A stretch of 64,000 nucleotides of DNA from an uncultured Pseudobdellovibrionaceae bacterium (lineage in GTDB: Bacteria; Bdellovibrionota; Bdellovibrionia; Bdellovibrionales; UBA1609). The stretch spans positions 24,295 to 88,294 of the forward strand of contig CAZCYD010000007.1 of NCBI GenBank assembly GCA_964502735.1. The letters run 5' to 3'. The notes beneath the pieces were generated by a model. That model saw nothing but the letters and a program-made list of their open reading frames with translations. It did not search any database and was not told the DNA's origin. Shown one piece after another: positions 57,025 to 64,000 of this stretch (within the stretch, counting starts at the first letter, position 1; each line of letters starts with the position of its first letter). Both the position numbers and the translations under genes were made by a program.

Positions 57025-57545
57025 GCATAGTTAAAAAACCCGGTGCGATTTCAAATTGGTATTTGCCGGGAATTTTGTCGGGCATGGGCCTAACCTTTAA
57101 GAAAATGATGTACAACTTATTTAATAAAAATAAGATGCCAACCCTCAACTATCCGGAGGAAATTTATGAGTACGGCCCGCGGTTTAAAGGTCAACACGTT
57201 TTAACTGTAAAAAAAGATGGTTCCATTCGCTGTACGGCTTGTATGTTGTGTGCAACCAACTGTCCTGCTCAATGTATTAAAATCGTAGCTTCAGAGCATG
57301 AGGACCCCACAGTTGAGAAATATCCAATTAATTATGAGATAGATGTTTTGAGATGTGTTTATTGTGGCTTTTGTGAGGAGGCCTGTCCAGTGGATGCTAT
57401 TCGCATGGGGCCTGAGTGGCAAAAGCCCGGTACTAATGGTTCAAATTTTACATACGATATTCAGGAGTTGGCCTACAGACCTCCGCTTAAGGGAGGTGTT
57501 GAGTCTCGCCTAGATGAGGCGGAAAGGCACAATTTCGGCATTTAA
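57021..57545 (+). CDS. nuoI: NADH-quinone oxidoreductase subunit I
   Basis: It has two ferredoxin motifs, CTACMLCATNCP and CVYCGFCEEACP. The GTG start overlaps the nuoG stop (GTGA). Confidence 0.9.
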   Translation: MSIVKKPGAISNWYLPGILSGMGLTFKKMMYNLFNKNKMPTLNYPEEIYEYGPRFKGQHVLTVKKDGSIRCTACMLCATNCPAQCIKIVASEHEDPTVEKYPINYEIDVLRCVYCGFCEEACPVDAIRMGPEWQKPGTNGSNFTYDIQELAYRPPLKGGVESRLDEAERHNFGI

Positions 57546-57556
57546 TAAACTAGATT

Positions 57557-60500
57557 CTACTCCAGAGCTGTGGTGCTAAACTGATCGTCATTTAGTCTTT
57601 TTAAATTTACACTTTTGAGTTCAAGAATAGTTCCGCGATTGTCTACAAGATTTTTTACTTTTACATGACCTGCTCGCCAAAATTTATTCTCGATCTTTTT
57701 ATATTTTGAAAAGGCCATAGTCTTTTCTATTTTTCCAGACTTATTAAAATACTCCACTTTTTCTATTCGATTGAGCTTCTTGTCGATATGAGTATGAATT
57801 TTAGCGTAACTTGTTTCGGCATTTGGTTTTGCGAGACTTTCAACAATAACCACAGATTTTTTTTGAGGTTTTTTATTTTTTAGTATTTGATTTTTAAACT
57901 GATTGTAGGTTGAGGCACTCATGTCTTCATAGCTGAGTTCAGAGTCTAGAAACTTTCCAGTTTTTCCAGACCCTACAATCCTACGTGATCTTTTTGAACT
58001 CGGTAAGTACAGCCATTGGTCATCTTTGTCTCCGTCTGAAATTGAAAGAAGTGAGACTCCTCTTAAGTCGCTGGGTTTTTGAATGCGCACAAGAGCTTTT
58101 TGGGAGTCTGAATTTTTTCTCATGATAGTTAGATTCCGAGATTTTTTTGATCCATCGGGTTCAATAATTGTCATTTCAATCTCTGCAGTCTCATTTGGCG
58201 GAGAGGTTAAAGCTTTCACTTTTTTTAAAAGGCTTTCAGCGGAGTTATCAGTTTTTGCGTTTAGAGATTGTGAGTATAAGAGAACAGATAAGGTTCCAAT
58301 TAATAATAGTCCAAGAGCCGAGCGCACAATACCTCCTCCGCTTTTAATTGGGGTTGTACTTTTTAATATCATAGCAGGTTTCTTCCTAAGAAGTAGATGG
58401 GGAAACATTTTTAGGACGATAGGCAGTAGAATTAAGTCCCCAACTAGGCCTGCAGTTATAGACAAAAGCATAAATAGACCAAAAATTTTGTTCATACTGA
58501 AATAAGAGAACAAAAATATGGAAAAACCACACAACAAAGAAACACTGGAGACAAAACAAGCTCCAGCCTCATGGGATAGCAGTTCCTTAACTGGCAGGGC
58601 GTCATAAGTCTTTTCTTTTAACATTTCTTTGAGGCGTCCCAAAATGTACACGGTATTATCAAATGCTATCCCTAATGATATAGCAAAAATAATAGCAATC
58701 CCCGGTTTAATCGGTGTTTCGGTTATAGCCAATGTTCCTAATAAAACAGCAGGAGGAATAAGGTTGGGCAAGGCTGAAACAATGGCCCATTTAAGAGATC
58801 TAAAAACTAGACTTAAAATAATCATTATTCCTATCATTGCATGAAAAAATCCAAGCATAAGATCTTTGGATAAAGATTCATTTAAAGGATGGACAGTGGC
58901 TGCTAAGCCTCCTACTAGAATTTCGTGATTAGGAAATGTTTTAATAATATTTTCTTTAATTTGGTTTACAACAATTTGCATCTGGTTGGCGGGAACATCT
59001 CTTAGTTTAAAAGAAACACGTGTCCCTTGTCTGTTGGGGGTAAGAAAATTCCTAAGAGGATTTTTGTTTGACATTCCGTAAACTAAATAAATTTCAGAAA
59101 GGCTGTTTTTGTGTTTTGGAAGTCTCAACTTAGGGTCTGCAACTTTTATAAAATCTGAAATAGATATGACGCTGCCAATTTCAGGAAGCAATCTCCATTT
59201 TTTCACTAAATTATCAAGCTTATGAAGAGCCGAAGGATTTTCCCATGTAGATTTTTTTGCAGAGATAGAGATCTCTAAAGGAATAACTCCCCCCATTTTA
59301 TTGCCAATATATTCAGTGGAAACTCGGGTTTCATGATCTTTTGGTAGATCGTCAAACATCTTACTTGTCCATTGCAGATTTTTACCTTGTAGACTGATAA
59401 ATATGAGTCCTGTGACTACAGTGATAAATAATGGGGTTTTGAACTTTACAACAAGACTTGCAAAGTGATTTTTGTTATTCATCCAGTCTCTAGCTTCAGG
59501 TACTGGGGCCCAGATCAAAAGGCAGGGAGTTAGCACAAGCGTGATGATTGCGGCTACAGGAATAACTGAGGAGACGGCCAATCCATACTCTTTAATTAAA
59601 GGAACGCTAGACAGTGTCAGAGTCGCAAATCCAACAACTGTTGTAATTGCAGTTAAGAGATGAGGTCCTATAAGATCTTTCATAATTTTAAAAATGGCAT
59701 CAAACTTCATTTCATTGGGATGGATATCTAAATTATAATCTTGCTCGTCTTTTATGTGTTCTCCTAGTCGAACCAGAGTGTGAGTGGATATTGCTGAAAC
59801 AGTTATTGTTACTAAAATGGGAATAGTTGTAGAAAGAACAGTAAAGGCTACGTCTAGGTAAGCCATTACCCCAAGTGCCATAATATTAGCTACAGATATG
59901 ATAAATAAAGTAGTAGGGAGAGCCCACCATCCCCTAAATACGAAAATAAGTACAAGGATGGCTCCTATTAGTGATAGACCAACAAAAGTGAGAATTTCTT
60001 TTGACAATAAATTTGACACATTTGTCCGAATTGCCGCTGGACCCCCAATTTTATACTTTGCATTAGGAGTGTAAACAGAGGCGAGAGTTCTAATCTGTTC
60101 TACGAGTAAAGTGTGACTCTCCATTGATATTTTTTTTGGCGTCACGATTATGATCGTACTTCTAGAGTTTTTTGTTATGAGCTGTGGAGTTAAAAGTGGG
60201 TTTTTAAGGATTTTAGATTTTTGATCTTCTTCATGGATAACTTCATGGAGCTTACCTGTGTAAAAGCTATCGTTGTCGACTACGGCTGTATCAATATTAG
60301 AAAGGGAAAGTACATCTTTGACTTTAGAGATTTCGGCAATTGCAGCTGTGAGTTTTGAAATTTGATTAAAGTGATCATTGTCTAGCCAACTTTTCCCTTT
60401 TGGCAATTGAAGCAAAACTATGTGAGGGGATAGAGAGTTTAGACCATAGATTTTGTGAATCTCAGCATCTTGTTTTAGCAGTTGGTGCTCTTTGGGTTGA

Positions 60501-60646
60501 AATTGACTGGCTGAGTATTCAGTTTGAATGTTTTTAATATTTAAAGCGGCAAAATAAGAAAAGAATAGGATCACGATGATGATAAAAATGGAGAACATTT
60601 TGATAGTAAAAGAATGTTTGTCATATTTTGTAGAACTCATTTTCAT
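57557..60646 (-). CDS. MMPL/RND-superfamily exporter fused in frame to a LolA-like (outer-membrane lipoprotein-sorting) domain
   Basis: Two large periplasmic loop + multi-TM bundle halves are typical of MMPL/RND exporters. A signal-peptide-like segment follows (MILKSTTPIKSGGGIVRSALGLLLIGTLSVLLYSQSLNA). The roughly 240-aa C-terminal domain carries WLYLPSSKRSRRI and DSELSYEDM, as in LolA_like proteins. Confidence 0.8.
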   Translation of the reverse strand: MKMSSTKYDKHSFTIKMFSIFIIIVILFFSYFAALNIKNIQTEYSASQFQPKEHQLLKQDAEIHKIYGLNSLSPHIVLLQLPKGKSWLDNDHFNQISKLTAAIAEISKVKDVLSLSNIDTAVVDNDSFYTGKLHEVIHEEDQKSKILKNPLLTPQLITKNSRSTIIIVTPKKISMESHTLLVEQIRTLASVYTPNAKYKIGGPAAIRTNVSNLLSKEILTFVGLSLIGAILVLIFVFRGWWALPTTLFIISVANIMALGVMAYLDVAFTVLSTTIPILVTITVSAISTHTLVRLGEHIKDEQDYNLDIHPNEMKFDAIFKIMKDLIGPHLLTAITTVVGFATLTLSSVPLIKEYGLAVSSVIPVAAIITLVLTPCLLIWAPVPEARDWMNNKNHFASLVVKFKTPLFITVVTGLIFISLQGKNLQWTSKMFDDLPKDHETRVSTEYIGNKMGGVIPLEISISAKKSTWENPSALHKLDNLVKKWRLLPEIGSVISISDFIKVADPKLRLPKHKNSLSEIYLVYGMSNKNPLRNFLTPNRQGTRVSFKLRDVPANQMQIVVNQIKENIIKTFPNHEILVGGLAATVHPLNESLSKDLMLGFFHAMIGIMIILSLVFRSLKWAIVSALPNLIPPAVLLGTLAITETPIKPGIAIIFAISLGIAFDNTVYILGRLKEMLKEKTYDALPVKELLSHEAGACFVSSVSLLCGFSIFLFSYFSMNKIFGLFMLLSITAGLVGDLILLPIVLKMFPHLLLRKKPAMILKSTTPIKSGGGIVRSALGLLLIGTLSVLLYSQSLNAKTDNSAESLLKKVKALTSPPNETAEIEMTIIEPDGSKKSRNLTIMRKNSDSQKALVRIQKPSDLRGVSLLSISDGDKDDQWLYLPSSKRSRRIVGSGKTGKFLDSELSYEDMSASTYNQFKNQILKNKKPQKKSVVIVESLAKPNAETSYAKIHTHIDKKLNRIEKVEYFNKSGKIEKTMAFSKYKKIENKFWRAGHVKVKNLVDNRGTILELKSVNLKRLNDDQFSTTALE

Positions 60647-60788
60647 CTGCCTGTTTGTGAAGAATTATTGTCTTGAGAGCCTTAAAACCTTTTGTGGATC
60701 CGAGTTTCAAGGGGATGCCAATTGTTACAAATATATCGGAAAGTCGAAGTATAACTTTAGTCTAGATAGAAATTTCCGATATAAAAAT

Positions 60789-62294
60789 ATGCTTAGGAAT
60801 ATTTTCTTTAGTTTTCTTGTTTTTTTAGGTAATGCTTTCTGTTCTTCGTTCTCGTTTTCTCAAGAAAAGGTGATTTCAGAGTTTGTGTTTTCATTGAGTC
60901 GTGAAGACTACAATTCCATAAATGAGAATGTTCCACTGGTATTCGAAGGAGAGTCCAAAGAACAAATTGTTATCAACACCATAGCTGAACCCTACAAAAC
61001 TGTTATTTCGCCTATTAAATTGTCACTAAATTACCAAGTTCAAACAAAATCGGCTCTAAATAAAGATGGCAGATATCCATTTTTTGCTTATATCCTCCAA
61101 CCTAAAATTGAAATTGATAACATTCACACTGAAGATGTCATTACAGAACGAATAGGTAATTTGATCGTGAATGTTAATGTCCGCGGTTATTGCCAAAATT
61201 TGGTGGCTCAATATCGGCAGGCTTATATTCCGGTAAAGGGCTATATTCAATTAAAAACTGTTAATGGTCAGGCTGAGCTTATGTTAGAAAGTTTTGATTT
61301 TTCATATAACTCATCCTTTTGGGGCTTAAATTTTTCAAGTTGTTCGGGGCCAAAGGGATATGACGAAGTTCTCAAAAATCATATCAGAAGGTTTTTGGAT
61401 GACAAAATTCGTATAGCGAATCTCTTGGAGAAGGGATTGAAGAATCAAGTATCAAGTACAACAGTAGCTATCAATGAACAAATTTTGAGAAATCAAAAGT
61501 ATGATATTTCTAAAGACCTAATGCTTGAGCTGCACCCTCATAGTCTACAAAGTAGTGAAAATCAAAGTGTTTATGTCTATGGTTGGCTGGCTCTAACATT
61601 TAAAAATCACAAAAGTGGTGGTGAAACATACGTTACGTTTAAAAATCTTGATCTGGATAAAAGTGGAGACACACGCTTAATACTTCCTTCAGGATTAAGT
61701 CAGGTTCTTATGATGGCTTCACACAATAATGATTGGCTAAAGCATACGGTGGAGTCAAATTCTATAGAAGGATTGAGTGAATTAACTAAAAGTCGTTTTA
61801 AGCAATTCTTTGCATGGCCAGACCTTATGAATTTTTCTAAAAAAACGAACTTTATTTTTGATATTTATTCCTCTGCAAAACCAAATTTACAGATAATGGG
61901 AGTTACACAGAATTATCAATTACTTTACTCGCTTGAATCGAGTGTTGTAAGTCATATGTTTTATCCTGAAAATAATAAGTGGACTCCATATGTAAATTTT
62001 TACTCAAATCTTAATTCTAGTGTTATTGTGGAAGTAACAAACGTAGGTTTGCGGGTCTCCTTTTCAGATTTGAAGGCTAAAAGTAGTTATAATTTTGACT
62101 CTTCTTATGTTTATCAAAGATCACCCAATGAGTACATTGATGTTAGAACTCTCGAGAAACATCTTATCAGTGAGGTGCAGAGTCAAAAATTAGACTTTAA
62201 CTTGGGACCTATAAACTTAAATTACTTGGGAGAGTTTTATCCTAAAAAGTTTAATATAGTGAACGATCAAATTGAACTTATTTACGCCAAATGA
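60789..62294 (+). CDS. Hypothetical secreted protein
   Basis: ATG 60789 gives signal peptide MLRNIFFSFLVFLGNAFCSSFSFS. The ORF is open from 60576, but that extension would overlap the divergent exporter gene. It has no recognisable motif. Confidence 0.55.
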   Translation: MLRNIFFSFLVFLGNAFCSSFSFSQEKVISEFVFSLSREDYNSINENVPLVFEGESKEQIVINTIAEPYKTVISPIKLSLNYQVQTKSALNKDGRYPFFAYILQPKIEIDNIHTEDVITERIGNLIVNVNVRGYCQNLVAQYRQAYIPVKGYIQLKTVNGQAELMLESFDFSYNSSFWGLNFSSCSGPKGYDEVLKNHIRRFLDDKIRIANLLEKGLKNQVSSTTVAINEQILRNQKYDISKDLMLELHPHSLQSSENQSVYVYGWLALTFKNHKSGGETYVTFKNLDLDKSGDTRLILPSGLSQVLMMASHNNDWLKHTVESNSIEGLSELTKSRFKQFFAWPDLMNFSKKTNFIFDIYSSAKPNLQIMGVTQNYQLLYSLESSVVSHMFYPENNKWTPYVNFYSNLNSSVIVEVTNVGLRVSFSDLKAKSSYNFDSSYVYQRSPNEYIDVRTLEKHLISEVQSQKLDFNLGPINLNYLGEFYPKKFNIVNDQIELIYAK

Positions 62295-62316
62295 ATTCAC
62301 TGCAAGGCAAATCCAC

Positions 62317-62456
62317 TTAACCCAAATCCAAAAAGCAATCGCCTAAATTTTTGTGAATGCGCCTCACGCGCAGTTCCACAGCCTCAAGGCTGCGGCTGTA
62401 TGAGCATGAGGCGCATTCACAAAAATTTAGGCGATTGCTTTTTGGATTTGGGTTAA
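62317..62456 (-). repeat. Long hairpin element, copy 4 (50-nt perfect arms, core in - orientation)
   Basis: Arms 62317-62366 and 62407-62456 are exact reverse complements. The core at 62367-62406 is the reverse complement of the copy-1 core (38/40). Confidence 0.9.
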
Positions 62457-63808
62457 TAATATACAGAGAGTCTTGCTTCTATGAGGTCGTTATTTTTGTA
62501 GGTTCCAGCAATACTGTTTGTGGGGCCATTTATGGATAATCCTTTGAGTTCAATTCCAATATTGTCGTGCCACTTGTAACGTGTTCCAAGTACAGTGATA
62601 AAAGATTGATTGTCAGTATCATAAATTTCGCTCAAAAAGAAGCTGCTTCTGTCGTTTATTGTTAGTAGCAAATTGCAAATTAGAGTGTTGTCAAATAAGC
62701 GATAGTTATTGCCAGTTGTATTTGTAACTCGACTTTCTTGATGAGATTTATAATATTGCACCTGAGTTAAAAGACTGTAAGAAGACCATGCCCACGTTTT
62801 TTCGATTCCGAGAGCGGTCTGAAATAAATTTCTGTCAATAAACTCATGGGTCAATTGCACTTTTGAGTATACAGTTTCAAATCGAAGAATTCCCCATTCT
62901 GGGGCCCAGACTAAGCTGTTTCCAATAGTTTGTTGTTTGAAAAAGCTTGGGATTAATGTGACATCTGGTTGGACGAGTAGTCCCAATACTTTGTTGGTTG
63001 AAGGATCAATAATAGTCGTATCAACAGTTATTTCTACATCAAGATGAGGGCGAGGGCTGACACCTTCAAAATAAAAGATTTGCCAGTCAACCTCATTAAA
63101 GTTAAGTGAAAATCGACTGCCCCAATTGTGTTTTAAGGCATCTTCAATCTCAATTGGCCGTTGATATGAGTAGTTTAGATTGTCGGGAAGAAGTATATCG
63201 GCATCAATGCCCCCTGGATTTATAATAATTTCTCGAGGTAGCCACCGGCTGTTTTCTTCTGGAAATCTAGATCCTGATCTTTTTGGCATATAAAGGATCT
63301 GAAAGACTCGACCCAATTGACTCCAAGTCAAATCAAGACTTGTAGCTCCAATCTTAATAGTGTTGAGAGGGTCAAAGAAGGTAGTTGTGTTGGTTATGTC
63401 GCCGGGGCTATAGATATCAAAAACCCCCCAGTTGTAGGTTTGGTTTCCCGCCCTTAATCGCCAATTTGAAATTTGAGTCTCTATATAAAGTTGTTGAGGG
63501 TCGAAGAAGTTTTTTTCAATAGTCGTACGAGATTCTATTTTATTGTAATAATAGGGCTCGAATACAAATTTAAAGTGCCGAGAGTTTTTTAAGCTCATGT
63601 AAGGCCTGAGCTCAATAAGGGAATAAGAGTTATTTATCTCTCGAATTGGCTCATAAGTTTCTATAAAATTTTGAAAAATAAAGTCCCCTTTAAGCAAAAG
63701 CTCATGTTGCCAATCTGATTTAGCTAAAGATGGGTAGGTTAGGAGCAAGAAAGTTAAAATAGAAGAGTAATTTTTTTTAAAAGTAATGCGCACACCTAAT
63801 TGTAGCAT
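62453..63808 (-). CDS. Putative outer-membrane beta-barrel protein
   Basis: It has a signal-peptide-like N-terminus (ILTFLLLTYPSLA), pervasive alternating aromatic/polar strands and a C-terminal ...RLSVYY. ATG 63808 is preferred over TTG 63820. Confidence 0.6.
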   Translation of the reverse strand: MLQLGVRITFKKNYSSILTFLLLTYPSLAKSDWQHELLLKGDFIFQNFIETYEPIREINNSYSLIELRPYMSLKNSRHFKFVFEPYYYNKIESRTTIEKNFFDPQQLYIETQISNWRLRAGNQTYNWGVFDIYSPGDITNTTTFFDPLNTIKIGATSLDLTWSQLGRVFQILYMPKRSGSRFPEENSRWLPREIIINPGGIDADILLPDNLNYSYQRPIEIEDALKHNWGSRFSLNFNEVDWQIFYFEGVSPRPHLDVEITVDTTIIDPSTNKVLGLLVQPDVTLIPSFFKQQTIGNSLVWAPEWGILRFETVYSKVQLTHEFIDRNLFQTALGIEKTWAWSSYSLLTQVQYYKSHQESRVTNTTGNNYRLFDNTLICNLLLTINDRSSFFLSEIYDTDNQSFITVLGTRYKWHDNIGIELKGLSINGPTNSIAGTYKNNDLIEARLSVYY

Positions 63809-64000
63809 CAAAAAAAACAAGTTACCATTAGTCTGTGGTTGAAATCACTTTAATTTTCAGACCAGAGTATAAGGTGCACAAGAGAGGGGATCGAGAAAAT
63901 CTTATGCATCTTTTACTCTGGTGCGGGGTTAGCAATAAAATGAGAGGGTATTTTGTATAAACAATTTTATTCGCGAGATAGATGGTATAATTTAAACGCA

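Noticed and set aside
62357-62539. A 60-aa ORF (MRLTRSSTASRLRLYEHEAHSQKF...) running through hairpin element copy 4.
   Set aside because: The reading frame is created by the repeat itself. Equivalent frames are not conserved in the other three copies, and it overlaps the 3' end of the OM-barrel gene.
1-64000. A search by eye for tRNA, rRNA, CRISPR arrays, IS elements, integrases, toxin-antitoxin pairs or known defence-system genes.
   Set aside because: I found none. There are no T-loop GGTTCGAATCC-like motifs, no regularly spaced short repeats and no transposase, recombinase or RT motifs in any listed ORF. A tRNAscan/cmscan run would be the formal check.

Overview
AT-rich, densely packed bacterial chromosomal segment with about 55 protein-coding genes. 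I recognised no rRNA, tRNA, CRISPR array, transposase, integrase, reverse transcriptase or phage genes. Left to right:
- AddB (partial) and AddA helicase-nuclease.
- A TonB-dependent receptor followed by a Vibrio TonB2-type gene set (DUF3450/TtpB-like, TtpC-like, ExbB, ExbD, TonB ... TPR/TtpD-like), interrupted by two orphan secreted-protein genes.
- A lysophospholipase-like hydrolase/lipoprotein operon.
- An 8-kb tightly coupled operon: degenerate histidine-kinase-like protein, degenerate receiver-GGDEF protein, alr, mlaE, mlaF, mlaD.
- purH, a GYF-TM-TPR protein, YhaM-like RNase, RsmI-like methyltransferase, NUDIX and HAD hydrolases.
- A GYF-PilZ protein directly upstream of an Agl-Glt-type (Myxococcus-like) gliding-motility/Tol-like envelope machine: MotA/TolQ, two TolR/ExbD, TPR proteins, an FHA-TM-TonB_C-like protein and an OM barrel.
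- A secreted S8 protease and an AstE/AspA-family peptidase.
- A peripheral-arm-only nuo operon (nuoB-CD-E-F-G-I).
- An MMPL/RND exporter fused in frame to a LolA-like domain, with a secreted protein and an OM beta-barrel next to it.

The gene content suggests a Bdellovibrio-and-like predatory bacterium or a related lineage; this is inference only.

The most unusual signal is non-coding. Four copies of a 135-154 bp hairpin element (27877-28030, 31703-31837, 33061-33197, 62317-62456) share a nearly invariant asymmetric 40-nt core. Their roughly 50-nt arms have diverged between copies yet stay almost perfectly self-complementary within each copy. I do not recognise this as a named repeat family.
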